Assembly (NCBI GenBank): GCA_902571005.1
Contig: CACGAG010000004.1
Location: 64,178 to 128,177, forward strand
Source of the DNA: an uncultured Pelagibacteraceae bacterium
GTDB taxonomy: Bacteria; Pseudomonadota; Alphaproteobacteria; Pelagibacterales; AG-422-B15
Length of the DNA: 64,000 nucleotides
Direction: 5' to 3'
Below the pieces are notes generated by a model that saw only the letters and a list, made by a program, of their open reading frames with translations, searched no databases and had not been told where the DNA came from. The first letter of the stretch is position 1. Each line of letters opens with the position of its first letter. The position numbers and the translations under genes are program-made. Positions 1 to 13,611 of this stretch are shown here, one piece after another.

Positions 1-1230
1 GAACCTCTACCAATTGCCATTACTGAATTTTTTCATGACACCGATAGTATTTTGGAGGATCAAAATATACCATCAAACATCCGTAAGGTTATAGCTGATG
101 ATTTAGAGAGAAGTGGATTATTTTTATCTGTAGATGAAAATGCATTTATTCAAAAAAATAGAGCTATGCATTTAAATCCACGTTTTGCTGATTGGAGATT
201 GATAAAGGCTCAGGGCCTACTAACAGGAGAACTATCAATTGAAAATGAAAGGCTTCGAGTAGAGTTCAGACTTTGGGATACACTAGCAGAAAAGGAAATC
301 GAGGGGCTTGTCTTAATTACGACAATTGAAAATTGGAGGAGAATTAGTCACATGATTGCAGATAAGATTTATGAGCGCCTAACTGGTGAGCAGGGCTACT
401 TCGATACCAGAATAGTTTATGTCGCTGAAGAAGGACCAAAAAATAAACGTATTAAGAAACTTGCGATAATGGACCAGGACGGAGCAAATCATAAATTTTT
501 GACTACAGGTAAAGAACTTGTTTTGACACCAAGATTTAATCCAGTAAGACAAGAGATTACTTATTTGTCTTATTTTAAAAATCTTCCGCGAGTATATTTA
601 TTAAACATCCAAACAGGTATTCAAGAAGTGGTAGGAGACTTTCCTGGTATGACATTCGCACCACGTTTTTCTCCAGATGGAAATAAGATCATCATGAGTT
701 TAGCTAGAGAAGGTAATTCTGACATATATGTAATGGATTTAGTTTCCAGAGTAGTTGAAAGGCTAACAGACAGCCCCGCAATTGATACATCACCAAGCTA
801 TTCTCCAGATGGAAAAAGAATTACATTCAACTCTGATAGAGGAGGATCGCAACAAATTTATGTAATGGATAGTAATGGCAGAAACCAAAAAAGAATTTCT
901 AAAGGAACAGGCAATTATGCTACACCTGTATGGTCACCAAGAGGTGATCTTATTGCTTTTACAAAAAATTTTCAGGGACAATATTTTATTGGAGTTATGA
1001 GAACTGATGGAACTGGGGAGAGACTTTTAACTGAAAATTGGTATCAAGAGGCTCCTTCTTGGTCTTCTAATGGAAGAGTTTTGATATTTTATAGAGAAAC
1101 TAAGTCTAATGACGCAGGTCAGGGCCATTCCTCGGCAATCTGGTCAATTGATCTTACAGGATTTAATGAGAGAAAGCTTGAAACTCCAGTTGATGCGTCA
1201 GACCCATCATGGTCGAAATTGATACAATAG
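1..1230 (+). CDS. tolB: Tol-Pal beta-propeller protein TolB (5' truncated by window edge)
   Basis: Frame open from base 1; WD40-like PD40 repeats ([30 protein letters not shown]); precedes pal. Confidence 0.95.
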   Translation, partial: EPLPIAITEFFHDTDSILEDQNIPSNIRKVIADDLERSGLFLSVDENAFIQKNRAMHLNPRFADWRLIKAQGLLTGELSIENERLRVEFRLWDTLAEKEIEGLVLITTIENWRRISHMIADKIYERLTGEQGYFDTRIVYVAEEGPKNKRIKKLAIMDQDGANHKFLTTGKELVLTPRFNPVRQEITYLSYFKNLPRVYLLNIQTGIQEVVGDFPGMTFAPRFSPDGNKIIMSLAREGNSDIYVMDLVSRVVERLTDSPAIDTSPSYSPDGKRITFNSDRGGSQQIYVMDSNGRNQKRISKGTGNYATPVWSPRGDLIAFTKNFQGQYFIGVMRTDGTGERLLTENWYQEAPSWSSNGRVLIFYRETKSNDAGQGHSSAIWSIDLTGFNERKLETPVDASDPSWSKLIQ

Positions 1231-1351
1231 TCAATTTTTCGACTAAAATAGGACCATTTTAATCAATTCGCAGCTATTTTATTATAGACTTGCGTAACTT
1301 AAATTAATAAAGTACTAGGACTTGGGCGATCAAATATTACGGGAGTTTATA

Positions 1352-1870
1352 ATGTTATTAACATTTAAAAATTTAAATAGATTTTTAGTTTTATCTTTTG
1401 CAGCAATCATTCTAGCTGCATGTACTACAACACCGCAAGATACTGCATCTACATCATCATCATCAAGTTCAGCTTCTAAAGTCGAAGTCGTAGACGGAGT
1501 TTATGTTGGTACTGATACAGTAGAAATGCTTGCTGTTGATGTGCCGGACAGAGTGTTCTTTGCATATGATAGTTATTCACTAACAAGCGCAGCTCAGGCA
1601 ACTTTAGCTAAACAAGCAAAATGGTTAAAGGCAAATGGATCAGTAACTATTGCTATTGAAGGTCATGCTGACGAAAGGGGTACAAGAGAGTATAACTTAG
1701 CCCTAGGTGATAGAAGAGCAAATGCAGCTAAAGATTATTTAATGACGCAGGGCATAAGTGCTAGTCGAGTCACTACTATTAGTTTTGGTAAGGAAAGACC
1801 AGTTAACAGTGCATCTAATAATAAAGCATGGGCTCAAAATAGACGTTCTGTAACAGTAAGAACCAACTAA
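1352..1870 (+). CDS. pal: Peptidoglycan-associated lipoprotein Pal
   Basis: Lipobox LAAC; OmpA-like domain IEGHADERGTREYNLALGDRRA...NRR; start moved to ATG 1352 behind GGAG. Confidence 0.95.
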   Translation: MLLTFKNLNRFLVLSFAAIILAACTTTPQDTASTSSSSSSASKVEVVDGVYVGTDTVEMLAVDVPDRVFFAYDSYSLTSAAQATLAKQAKWLKANGSVTIAIEGHADERGTREYNLALGDRRANAAKDYLMTQGISASRVTTISFGKERPVNSASNNKAWAQNRRSVTVRTN

Positions 1871-1942
1871 TTTATTAGACGCCTTTTTTTAGACAAAAAG
1901 ATAAGCTTAATCTTTTAATTAAGGTTAGGTTTGATTAATTTA

Positions 1943-2977
1943 ATGCTCAAAAGAATTCAATTTATTTTCTTTTTTATCCTTATCTCTTTAGTGCAGATTG
2001 TTCATGTTCAATCTGAAGAACTAGATGTAGATCAGTTGTTGCAAAAATTAGACTCAATTGAAAGCAGAATAAAGGTTCTTGAAAAGGCAACATTTAGCAA
2101 AACGACCTCTGGCGTTGGCAATAATGTTAGTCTTGATGATTACCAATCAATTATTACAAAACAATCTATTCAGATAGCTGAATTACAAAATGAAGTCCAA
2201 TCACTGACAGCAAAAATCGAAGAAATGATATTTACAATGCAATCTACAGTAAATAATTTTAATACATTTAGAGAAGATACTGAGTTTAGGTTTATCGATA
2301 TAAATTCTAAAACTGAAAGTATAGAAAAAAACCAATTATCTATGGCATTACCCAATAATGAAACACAAACTAATAACTTAGTAGGTAACACGAGTGGGGA
2401 AGTAACTTTAGAACCTCAGTCACTTGGAACAATAAATGTGTCTTCAGAAGAGGAGTTGTCTGCTTCTCCATTTGAAATCAAAAAAGTTGATGAAGAAGAA
2501 GAGCAAGAAATTATAGATACCATTTCTCAGGATAATATTGTCGCTTTTGAAGAACAAGAAATTGTACTAGCGGTGCTGCCTGAAGGAGATGAAAAAGGTC
2601 AATATGAATACGCAATGGGTCTTCTCAAGCAAGGTGACTACGAACTTGCTGAAAAAGCATTTCAAGAATTTATGACTGTTGGAAATGATTCCAGTCTTTT
2701 AAGCAACGCAAACTTCTGGTTAGCAGAAACTTATTATGTTAGAGAAAATTATAAAGACGCAGCTAAAAATTATTTAAGCCTATACCAAGTTTATCCAGAC
2801 TCAAAGAAAGCCGCAGATGCACTTTTAAAACTCGGAATATCTTTAGTAAATATGGACCAAAAAGAACAAGGGTGTGTAACTTTTATACAATTAAAGGACA
2901 CCTATCCAAACGCGAATACTGCTGTATTAGACAGGGGTAAATTAGAAATCGAAAAAAATGGCTGTGAAATTAGTTAA
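1943..2977 (+). CDS. cpoB: Tol-Pal system protein CpoB/YbgF
   Basis: Signal peptide, coiled coil, C-terminal TPR (ANFWLAETYY, KAADALLKLG); follows pal. Confidence 0.9.
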   Translation: MLKRIQFIFFFILISLVQIVHVQSEELDVDQLLQKLDSIESRIKVLEKATFSKTTSGVGNNVSLDDYQSIITKQSIQIAELQNEVQSLTAKIEEMIFTMQSTVNNFNTFREDTEFRFIDINSKTESIEKNQLSMALPNNETQTNNLVGNTSGEVTLEPQSLGTINVSSEEELSASPFEIKKVDEEEEQEIIDTISQDNIVAFEEQEIVLAVLPEGDEKGQYEYAMGLLKQGDYELAEKAFQEFMTVGNDSSLLSNANFWLAETYYVRENYKDAAKNYLSLYQVYPDSKKAADALLKLGISLVNMDQKEQGCVTFIQLKDTYPNANTAVLDRGKLEIEKNGCEIS

Positions 2978-4043
2978 GCCAATTAATCATAAAAAAGTCG
3001 TAAAAATAACTAATCAAGATTTCGAAGCAAAGATGAGAGAACTTCGAGTTAATTCAGATATTGCCGTAGCAGTTTCTGGTGGTCCAGATAGTTTAGCGCT
3101 CATGCATTTGTCTAATAGATATGCATTAAATAATAATATTAATTTAACTGTATTAAGTATTGATCATGGAATTAGAGCAGAGTCATCAAAAGAAATTATA
3201 TGGTTAAAAAAAGTCGCAAAAAAGAATAAAATTAACTTCTACTCAACTAAATTAAAAAAAAAGATCAACAGCTCTAATACCCTTTCCAAGGCAAGGACAC
3301 TTCGATATGAGGCCTTATCAAAATATTGTAACAAGAAAAAAATTAAATTCTTATTAACAGCTCATCATCTTGATGACGAAATAGAAAATTTTTTAATGAG
3401 ATTAATAAGGGGCAGTGGTGTAAAAGGACTTTCATCATTAAAAGTAAAATCTAGATATAAGAATACAAAGTTAATTTTAGTTAGGCCATTACTCGAGTAC
3501 TCAAAAAAATCTCTTGTTGCGTATTTATCTGAGCAAAAGCAAGTTTATATAAACGACAGAACGAATTATAATAATAAGTATGATAGGTCTCGTATTCGAA
3601 AGTTATCTCAACAATTAATACATGAAGGTCTCAGTAAAGTTAGGTTTAAAAACGTCTTAAAGAATTTAAAAAGTGCAGATACCGCAATTAATACTGCAGT
3701 TAGCAATTACTTAGATGAACAAGTAAAACTCAATCAAAAGAAAATTATTAGTTTTAAGTCTCAGGAATTTATAAACTTACCCGAAGAAATTCAACATAGA
3801 GTACTTGTAAAACTTTGCAGATTTGCTGGAAAAAGCAATAAAGTGCCTAGATCGCGATCAGTACAAGAATTGATAAATTCAATTGTGAAAGAAAAAAGCT
3901 TTAAGCGTACATTAAATAGTTGCACATTTGTTGGGCAGAAGGGAGTGGTAAATATTCATTCTGAGAACAACATATCTAAACCTAATAAGACTAAAAATTT
4001 GGCCATTTCTAAAAATTGGACAAAATTTATAGAGCATTACTAG
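2958..4043 (+). CDS. tilS: tRNA(Ile)-lysidine synthetase
   Basis: PP-loop AVSGGPDS, TAHHLDD..ENFLMRLIRGSG, RPLL; conserved cpoB-tilS-ftsH order. Confidence 0.92.
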   Translation: MAVKLVKPINHKKVVKITNQDFEAKMRELRVNSDIAVAVSGGPDSLALMHLSNRYALNNNINLTVLSIDHGIRAESSKEIIWLKKVAKKNKINFYSTKLKKKINSSNTLSKARTLRYEALSKYCNKKKIKFLLTAHHLDDEIENFLMRLIRGSGVKGLSSLKVKSRYKNTKLILVRPLLEYSKKSLVAYLSEQKQVYINDRTNYNNKYDRSRIRKLSQQLIHEGLSKVRFKNVLKNLKSADTAINTAVSNYLDEQVKLNQKKIISFKSQEFINLPEEIQHRVLVKLCRFAGKSNKVPRSRSVQELINSIVKEKSFKRTLNSCTFVGQKGVVNIHSENNISKPNKTKNLAISKNWTKFIEHY

Positions 4044-4086
4044 ACTAAGCTATTGAATATAATGTTAAATTTTATTGATATATTTT

Positions 4087-4114
4087 CTTGTATGCTGAAA
4101 AATAGTAATTATCT
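4087..4114 (+). promoter_or_regulatory. Possible sigma-32 (RpoH) promoter of ftsH
   Basis: CTTG-N17-ATTATCT, one mismatch to the alphaproteobacterial CTTG-N17-CYTATNT consensus; AT-rich background makes a chance match possible. Confidence 0.3.
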
Positions 4115-4135
4115 AATAATATCAATATCTTTATT

Positions 4136-6049
4136 ATGATGAATTTGCGAAATATAGTTCTTTGGCTCTTTATTGCTTTAATCGTTTTTGGACTGTTTAA
4201 TTTATTTAGTAACACTAGTGGTGACAGAAATACTGTTGATTTAACGTACTCACAATTTTTAGATGAAGTTGAAGCAGGCTCAATTAAAGATGTAATTATT
4301 CGAGGTAATAATATCAACGGAGCTTTTGAAGATGGTAGATCTTTTAAAACTTATGCCGCTAATGACCCAACACTCGTTGATAGACTTAATGATAGAGGTG
4401 TAAACATATCAGCTGCACCACTAGACGACGGTTATCCGTCACTTCTTGGAGTTTTAATTTCCTGGTTCCCAATGCTCTTACTTATTGGTGTATGGATTTT
4501 TTTCATGCGTCAGATGCAGGGTGGAAGAGGAGGAGCAATGGGGTTTGGAAGATCCAAGGCCAAATTACTAACTGAAAATAAAAATAAAGTTACTTTTAAT
4601 GATGTAGCTGGAATAGATGAAGCAAAAGAAGAGCTTGTTGAAATTGTTGAGTTTTTAAAGGATCCAAGAAAATTTCAAAAACTTGGTGGTAGGATTCCAA
4701 AAGGTGCTTTACTAATTGGCCCTCCAGGAACAGGAAAGACATTGCTTGCTAGAGCTGTAGCAGGGGAGGCCGGTGTACCTTTTTTTACAATCTCGGGTTC
4801 TGATTTTGTTGAAATGTTTGTTGGTGTTGGGGCGTCTCGAGTTAGGGATATGTTCGAGCAAGGAAGAAGAAATGCGCCATGCATAATTTTCATTGATGAA
4901 ATTGATGCTGTTGGAAGAAGCCGTGGAGCAGGCCTTGGTGGTGGTAATGATGAGAGAGAACAGACACTTAATCAGATTTTAGTTGAGATGGACGGATTTG
5001 ACACTCAGGAAGGTATTATTTTGGTTGCCGCGACTAACAGACCAGATGTACTTGATCCTGCCCTATTAAGACCAGGTCGTTTTGACAGACAGGTTGTTGT
5101 TCCTAATCCAGATATCTTAGGCAGAGAAGCAATTCTGAAAGTTCATATTAAAAAAATCTCTGTCGCGCCTGATGTAGATATTAGAACAATAGCAAGAGGA
5201 ACACCTGGTTTTTCTGGTGCTGATCTAGCTAACATTGTAAATGAAGCAGCATTGTTGGCAGCAAGAAAAAACAAGAAAATTGTTACTATGGTAGATTTTG
5301 AGGAAGCAAAAGATAAGGTAATGATGGGGTCTGAAAGAAGATCTCTTGTTATGAGTCAAGAAGAAAAAGAACTTACCGCTTACCATGAAGGAGGTCACGC
5401 TGTTGTTGCATTAAATCAATCTGCATCAGATCCAATACATAAAGCTACAATAATACCAAGAGGTAGAGCCCTTGGAATGGTGATGAGGCTGCCCGAAAGA
5501 GACCAATTATCTTTACCTAGGGAAAAAATGTTAGCAGATATCACAGTTGCTATGGGCGGTAGAGTTGCTGAAGAAATAATCTTTGGTGACAAAAAAGTTA
5601 CTTCTGGTGCTTCATCAGACATCGAAATGGCAACTAAGATGGCTAGAAATATGGTTACTAAATTTGGAATGAGCGAAAAATTAGGACCATTACAATATGG
5701 TGAAAATGAGGAAGAAGTATTTTTAGGAAGATCAGTACAAAGACATCAAAATGTGTCTGAGGAAACAGCTAAACTTATAGATTCAGAGATCAGGCAAATT
5801 GTTGATAGCTGTTATGATTTAGCAAAGAAAATTTTAAATGAAAAAATAGACGATTTGCATGCTCTTGCAAAAGGTTTAATTGAATACGAAACTTTAAATG
5901 GAGATGAAATAACTACATTATTAAAAGAGGGTAAGATCGACAGATCCAATCCTGAAGAAGAGATTAATAATGCCGGACCGTCTGTACCTAAAAGTGGTAA
6001 ATCAGCTCCCGTTGGTCCTAGTTTCAGGCCTAAACCTCAAACAAGTTAA
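4136..6049 (+). CDS. ftsH: ATP-dependent zinc metalloprotease FtsH
   Basis: Two TM helices, Walker A GPPGTGKT, Walker [12 protein letters not shown], zinc motif HEGGH. Confidence 0.98.
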   Translation: MMNLRNIVLWLFIALIVFGLFNLFSNTSGDRNTVDLTYSQFLDEVEAGSIKDVIIRGNNINGAFEDGRSFKTYAANDPTLVDRLNDRGVNISAAPLDDGYPSLLGVLISWFPMLLLIGVWIFFMRQMQGGRGGAMGFGRSKAKLLTENKNKVTFNDVAGIDEAKEELVEIVEFLKDPRKFQKLGGRIPKGALLIGPPGTGKTLLARAVAGEAGVPFFTISGSDFVEMFVGVGASRVRDMFEQGRRNAPCIIFIDEIDAVGRSRGAGLGGGNDEREQTLNQILVEMDGFDTQEGIILVAATNRPDVLDPALLRPGRFDRQVVVPNPDILGREAILKVHIKKISVAPDVDIRTIARGTPGFSGADLANIVNEAALLAARKNKKIVTMVDFEEAKDKVMMGSERRSLVMSQEEKELTAYHEGGHAVVALNQSASDPIHKATIIPRGRALGMVMRLPERDQLSLPREKMLADITVAMGGRVAEEIIFGDKKVTSGASSDIEMATKMARNMVTKFGMSEKLGPLQYGENEEEVFLGRSVQRHQNVSEETAKLIDSEIRQIVDSCYDLAKKILNEKIDDLHALAKGLIEYETLNGDEITTLLKEGKIDRSNPEEEINNAGPSVPKSGKSAPVGPSFRPKPQTS

Positions 6050-6058
6050 CTAATTACA

Positions 6059-7114
6059 GTGTCCCTTGTGCGTAATTCGAATCGATATTACGTGCGACCA
6101 ATATTTAGTAAAATAAAAACAAAAGATTCACTTTTTCTTGGGTCCTCCAAATTATTCTTTAATGAAATTGAATTAATAACAAGAGGCAAAACCAAGACTC
6201 GATCAAAGTTTCTAAAAATTAATGAAATAAAATATTTGGAACCTGATATTCAGAGAGACATAAACAAAAGAATTTCAAATATTACAAAGAAAAGAAAAAA
6301 ATTAGGAAAGTTTAACTTTGAAAGATCACTTGTGATGGGTATTCTTAATGTAACGCCTGATAGCTTTTTTGACGGCGGAAAATATTTATTACACGATAAT
6401 GCAATTGAGCAGTTTAAAAAACTAATTAAAGAAGGCGCAGATATCATTGATATTGGCGGAGAGTCAACAAGGCCTGGATCAAAAGAAATTACAGTTAATG
6501 AGGAAATTAGCCGAATTATTCCAATAATTTCTCAAATCAGAAAAAAATATAAGAAAGAATTTATCTCGGTAGATACAAGAAAATCTCAAGTTATGAAAGA
6601 AGCATGTAAATTTAATATAAATCTAATAAATGATGTTTCAGGACTGAGATTTGATAAAAACTCAAAAAAATTTTTAAACTCGAATAAAATTCCTTTTGTT
6701 TTAATGCATTCAATTTCAACTCCTGAAAAGATGCAAAAAAATATAAAGTACAAAGATGTACTTCTTGATATTTATGATTTCTTTGAGAAGCAAATCAGTC
6801 TATGCGAGAAAAATGGCATATCTAAAAGCCGAATTATAATAGACCCTGGAATTGGTTTTGGTAAAACTTTGCAACAAAATTTGAAACTAATTTCAAACAT
6901 CGCATTATTTCATTCTTTGGGCCTTCCTGTGTTATTGGGAAGTTCTCGAAAAAGTTTTATTGGCAAGATTGAAAAAAATGAATTATACGAAGATCGATTA
7001 GGCGGTTCAATAGCAACGGTTATGCATGGACTAGCTGAAGGAGTTCAAATATTTAGGGTGCACGATGTTTATGCAACAAAACAATCAATTAAGGTTTATT
7101 CTAAAATAAAATGA
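6059..7114 (+). CDS. folP: Dihydropteroate synthase with N-terminal extension
   Basis: MGILNVTPDSF, DIGGESTRPG, IDPGIGFGK, SRKSF, FRVHDV; ftsH-folP-glmM synteny. Confidence 0.95.
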   Translation: MSLVRNSNRYYVRPIFSKIKTKDSLFLGSSKLFFNEIELITRGKTKTRSKFLKINEIKYLEPDIQRDINKRISNITKKRKKLGKFNFERSLVMGILNVTPDSFFDGGKYLLHDNAIEQFKKLIKEGADIIDIGGESTRPGSKEITVNEEISRIIPIISQIRKKYKKEFISVDTRKSQVMKEACKFNINLINDVSGLRFDKNSKKFLNSNKIPFVLMHSISTPEKMQKNIKYKDVLLDIYDFFEKQISLCEKNGISKSRIIIDPGIGFGKTLQQNLKLISNIALFHSLGLPVLLGSSRKSFIGKIEKNELYEDRLGGSIATVMHGLAEGVQIFRVHDVYATKQSIKVYSKIK

Positions 7115-8442
7115 AAAAGTTTTTTGGAACAGATGGAGTAAGAGCAAGTTCAAATAGTCAAAAACTTAATGGCCTGACACTTATAAAGCTCGGAATGGCA
7201 CTAGGTAAACATTTTACTGTTGGAGAACATCGTCACAAAGTTGTTATTGGTAAAGATACAAGACTATCAGGTTATATGATTGAACAAGCATTAACCTCTG
7301 GATTATTATCTATGGGAATGGATGTCTTTCTTTTTGGGCCCATACCTACACCTGCAGTTGCAATGTTGACAAAATCTATGCGAGCAGACTTAGGAATAAT
7401 GATAACTGCTTCACACAACCAATATCAAGATAATGGTATTAAAATATTTGATAAAAATGGAAATAAATTATCAGACAAAACTGAAATTGAAATAGAGCAT
7501 CTTATGGAGTCTGAATTGGAAAATTCATTAGCGGGTCCAGAAAAAATAGGCAGAGCAAAAAGACTCGAAGATGCAAATGGTAGATATATAGAATTCCTAA
7601 AAGGTACTTTTCCTAAATCACAACGGCTTGATGGTCTTAAAATTGTAATAGATTGTGCAAATGGAGCATCTTATATTTCTGCACCTTTAATTTTATGGGA
7701 GCTTGGTGCAGAAGTTATTCAAATAGCTACTCAACCAAATGGAACTAATATAAATTTCGAATGTGGGTCTACTAATACCAATAAACTTGCTAAAAAAGTA
7801 TTAGAGGAGAAGGCTGATATTGGTATTGCCTTAGATGGCGATGGCGATCGATTGGCTGTTATTGATGAAAAAGGACATTTAGTCAATGGCGACCAGATAC
7901 TGGCATTACTAGCTATTGAAATGTCAAAAGATAAAAAATTAAAAAATAATAATGTAGTTGGTACTTCAATGGCAAACATGGGCTTAGAAACTTTATTAAA
8001 GAAACATAACATTGGGTTAATCAGGGCAAAAGTTGGTGATCGATATGTAAAGGAAAAAATGATTTCAGAAGATTTAAATTTAGGCGGTGAACAATCTGGA
8101 CATATAATTTTACGTGATTTTACTTCATCAGGAGATGGAATAGTAGTTGCTCTTCAAGTTCTATCTATCTTAAATAGAAAAAAAGGAAAAGCCAGTGACT
8201 GCCTTCATTTATTCAGTCCTCTACCACAAAACCTGATTAATTTCCGCGTAAAAGAAAGAAATATTTTAGATCACGAGGATACGAAATTATTTATCAAATC
8301 TTGTGAAGAAAAAGTTTCAGAAGACGGAAGAATCGTAGTTAGAATGTCTGGTACTGAACCTCTTTTAAGGGTTATGATTGAAAGTGGAAATCAGCATACA
8401 ATTGATGAATTAACTGAAAGCGTAACAAAATATTTTTCATAA
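7111..8442 (+). CDS. glmM: Phosphoglucosamine mutase
   Basis: FFGTDGVR, phosphoserine motif ITASHN, DGDGDR, GGEQSGH. Confidence 0.96.
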   Translation: MKKFFGTDGVRASSNSQKLNGLTLIKLGMALGKHFTVGEHRHKVVIGKDTRLSGYMIEQALTSGLLSMGMDVFLFGPIPTPAVAMLTKSMRADLGIMITASHNQYQDNGIKIFDKNGNKLSDKTEIEIEHLMESELENSLAGPEKIGRAKRLEDANGRYIEFLKGTFPKSQRLDGLKIVIDCANGASYISAPLILWELGAEVIQIATQPNGTNINFECGSTNTNKLAKKVLEEKADIGIALDGDGDRLAVIDEKGHLVNGDQILALLAIEMSKDKKLKNNNVVGTSMANMGLETLLKKHNIGLIRAKVGDRYVKEKMISEDLNLGGEQSGHIILRDFTSSGDGIVVALQVLSILNRKKGKASDCLHLFSPLPQNLINFRVKERNILDHEDTKLFIKSCEEKVSEDGRIVVRMSGTEPLLRVMIESGNQHTIDELTESVTKYFS

Positions 8443-8456
8443 AATAAAGGCATTAA

Positions 8457-10633
<2,177 letters not shown>

Positions 10634-10664
10634 AATATGGTTACTTTTTTCTAGAAATCAATGT

Positions 10665-11636
10665 TCAGCTTTTAATTGAATTTACCAATTTGCTCAAGTA
10701 ATCCGGCATAACAGACTGAAAATGAAGCATTTTTTCTTTTTTAGGATGAAGAAACCCAAGAGATTGCGCATGCAGAGCCTGTCCTGGCAACATTTTAATC
10801 GATTGAACCGTGCTTTCTGAAAGTGATTTTAGTTTACTTTGAGGCGATCGCCCATAAGTACGGTCTCCTATGAGTGGATTTCCCTTTTCTGTTAGATGCA
10901 CTCTTATTTGATGAGTTCTTCCGGTTTCTAAGCGACATTCTAATACTGTGGCAACAATTTGATTTTTTTTGTTCTTTAAATTTTCAAGTGTCTTGTAATG
11001 AGTGATAGCAACCTTACCTCTACTCACAGAACTCATCATTTTTGTTCTATTCCTATTACTTCTAGATAAGAGTGACTTAATTTTTCCATTTGCTGGTGAG
11101 ATTTTGTTCCAGCATACAGCAATATAAACTCTTTCGATAGAGTGAGCAGCAAATTGGTCAGATAAATGTTTATGAGTAAAATCATTTTTAGCTATTACAA
11201 CCAGTCCGCTCGTGTCTTTATCAATTCGATGAACTATTCCTGGCCTTTGAGCATCACCTACAAATTTTAATTCATCTCCACAATGATTGATCAAAGCATT
11301 AACAATTGTACCTGTCTTATTTCCAGCGCCGGGGTGCATTACAATACCTGCAGGTTTATTGATAACTATCAAATCCTTATCTTCATAAACAATATTTAAT
11401 TTTATGTTTTCACCAATTATTGGTGTCTCATTTGCTAATTTTATATTCACTGAAATATGATCGCCTAATGAGATCTTATAATCAGGATCTACAATATTAT
11501 TATTTACTGTAATATTGGAGGACTTTATTAATTGAATTATTTTAGACCTACTAAATTCTTTCAAATTTAAAGCAATATATTTGTCTATACGTTGGCCTAC
11601 TTGCTTCTTATGGTTGACTTTGTATTGATAGAACAT
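10665..11636 (-). CDS. rluD: RluA/RluD-family 23S rRNA pseudouridine synthase
   Basis: S4 domain, VHRIDKDTSG, GRTHQIRVH; start moved to ATG 11636. Confidence 0.9.
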   Translation of the reverse strand: MFYQYKVNHKKQVGQRIDKYIALNLKEFSRSKIIQLIKSSNITVNNNIVDPDYKISLGDHISVNIKLANETPIIGENIKLNIVYEDKDLIVINKPAGIVMHPGAGNKTGTIVNALINHCGDELKFVGDAQRPGIVHRIDKDTSGLVVIAKNDFTHKHLSDQFAAHSIERVYIAVCWNKISPANGKIKSLLSRSNRNRTKMMSSVSRGKVAITHYKTLENLKNKKNQIVATVLECRLETGRTHQIRVHLTEKGNPLIGDRTYGRSPQSKLKSLSESTVQSIKMLPGQALHAQSLGFLHPKKEKMLHFQSVMPDYLSKLVNSIKS

Positions 11637-11648
11637 TATGAGATAACG

Positions 11649-11936
11649 ATGTACCAAAAAATTATGCTATTTATAGTTATATTTCTCGGAATTGTAATTT
11701 TAATTGGTACCACGATTGTTATTACTACTATTATTGAGCGATCATACAAGATTGATTTTTTTACTTCCACTGATAATTCTGAGAAGGATATAAATATTGA
11801 AAAAAAATGTGATCTTGTGGGTGAAAAAACTAAAGTTATTTCTCTAAGTGAGGATAAATTAGCTATTATTTGTGAGGGTCGTATTGAGGTAATGAATTTA
11901 TCTAATAATCAAGTAGAAAAAGTAGTTAACTACTAG
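11649..11936 (+). CDS. Small single-TM hypothetical protein divergent from rluD
   Basis: N-terminal hydrophobic helix IMLFIVIFLGIVILIGTTIVITTII; ATG at 11649. Confidence 0.65.
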   Translation: MYQKIMLFIVIFLGIVILIGTTIVITTIIERSYKIDFFTSTDNSEKDINIEKKCDLVGEKTKVISLSEDKLAIICEGRIEVMNLSNNQVEKVVNY

Positions 11937-13567
11937 CTTGCTCTATAAAAACTGGTCTCTACATCAGGTAAAGTTTCTTTTTTAAGGATGAGATCAGATG
12001 CCTTTTCAGCGATCATTACAGTTGTTGCATTGAGATTTCCTGTAATGATATTTGGCATTATTGAAGCATCTACAACTCTTAAATTTTCAATCCCATAAAC
12101 TTTGAGCTCTTCATCGACAACAGATAACTCATCTTTTCCCATCTTGCATGTACAAGAAGGATGATAAGCAGTATCACCTTTATTTTTAATGAATTCATTT
12201 AAATCACCCTCAGAGCTTGAATTTATTCCAGGGTTAATTTCTTTTCCTCGATATTTATCAAAAGCTTTTTGATGAAAAATTTCCCTTGCAATTTTAATAC
12301 CATCTCTCATTTCTTTTAAATCATGCTCTGTCTGCATATAATTAAACTGTATAGCGGGTGAAGCTGAGGGATTGTTTGACTTTAATTTGACATGTCCTCT
12401 ACTTGTTGGCCTCATTGGTCCTACATGCGCTTGAAAAGAATGAGAGCTTGGAGATTGTCTTCCATGATCCAATACAAGCGATGGAAAGAAGTGATACTGA
12501 ATATTAGGATAATCAACCATATCATTACTTCTCACGAAGCCGCCTGTCTCTAAGTTTGAATATGCTGCCACTCCAGATTTAAAAATAAACCACTCTATCC
12601 CTATGAATGCCATTCTTATTGGATTATATGATGTGTAAAGTGTAACGGGCTTTGTACACTCATATTGTAAATAAGTTTCAAGATGATCCTGTAAATTTTC
12701 ACCTACACCTCTTAGGTCATATTGAACAGAAATATCTAATTTTTTTAGTTCTTCAGCATTTCCTATACCTGAAAGCATTAGAAGTTGAGGTGAATTTATT
12801 GCTCCAGCTGATAATATCACTTCATTTTCAGCATGTATTTTTTTTCTCTCTCTTCCTGTAGTACATTCAACCCCAACGGCTTTATTATTTTCAATGATAA
12901 CTTTGTTTACTATTGTGTTTGTAATGACGGTAAGATTTCTTCTGTTAATAACTGGATGCAAGTAAGTTACACTCGTACTTTGTCTTCTGCCTCCATAAAT
13001 AGTGGTGTCCATTAGACCAAATCCCTCTTGCTTATATCCATTCATGTCATTATTTATCTCATAGCCGGCTTGTTCTGCCGCTTCTAGGTAGACTTTACTC
13101 AATTCATTGCCTTCCGAAGATCGAGATAGTTTTAAAGGACCGCTTTTATTCCTATAAGTTTCATCTAATCCTTCAATTGACTCTGATTTTTTAAAATACG
13201 GAAGAACATTATTATAATTCCATGACTTAAGATCTTTTTGAGCCCAGTTTTCAAAATCCATTGGATTTCCTCTTACATGAACCATACCGTTGTGTGATGA
13301 ACTTCCTCCCAACATCTTTCCTCTTGGGCAAAACATTTTTCTATTGTTCATGAACGGTTCAGGCTCAGTTTCGTATAAATAATTATATTTTGGGTCATGC
13401 ATTGTGTATAATAAAGCTGCTGGCATTGAGGTTTTCCATGTTTTATCCGATGGACCTGACTCTATTAACAATACATTTATCTCTGGATCAGCTGAAAGTC
13501 TATTTGCCAGAACACAACCCGCACTTCCGGCACCAATAATAATATAATTATAAGAATTAAATTGCAT
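11933..13567 (-). CDS. betA: Choline dehydrogenase/oxidase (GMC oxidoreductase)
   Basis: GAGSAG FAD motif, MPAAL, RGKMLGGSSSHNG, YHPSCTCKMG, GNLNA; located in a betaine cluster. Confidence 0.8.
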   Translation of the reverse strand: MQFNSYNYIIIGAGSAGCVLANRLSADPEINVLLIESGPSDKTWKTSMPAALLYTMHDPKYNYLYETEPEPFMNNRKMFCPRGKMLGGSSSHNGMVHVRGNPMDFENWAQKDLKSWNYNNVLPYFKKSESIEGLDETYRNKSGPLKLSRSSEGNELSKVYLEAAEQAGYEINNDMNGYKQEGFGLMDTTIYGGRRQSTSVTYLHPVINRRNLTVITNTIVNKVIIENNKAVGVECTTGRERKKIHAENEVILSAGAINSPQLLMLSGIGNAEELKKLDISVQYDLRGVGENLQDHLETYLQYECTKPVTLYTSYNPIRMAFIGIEWFIFKSGVAAYSNLETGGFVRSNDMVDYPNIQYHFFPSLVLDHGRQSPSSHSFQAHVGPMRPTSRGHVKLKSNNPSASPAIQFNYMQTEHDLKEMRDGIKIAREIFHQKAFDKYRGKEINPGINSSSEGDLNEFIKNKGDTAYHPSCTCKMGKDELSVVDEELKVYGIENLRVVDASIMPNIITGNLNATTVMIAEKASDLILKKETLPDVETSFYRAS

Positions 13568-13611
13568 AACTAATTTTACCAAAGTTTGTAATTATAGTAC
13601 AACATAAGCTT

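Noticed and set aside
1447-1477. (CAT)n-like run in pal
   Set aside because: In-frame Ser/Thr linker after the lipid anchor; too short to be a contingency repeat
1907-1922. CtrA site (TTAA-N7-TTAA) before cpoB
   Set aside because: Spacing is N8 and TTAA words are ubiquitous at this AT content
6059-6320. N-terminal extension of FolP as a novel fusion
   Set aside because: Similar extensions are common in alphaproteobacterial FolP; no independent motif seen
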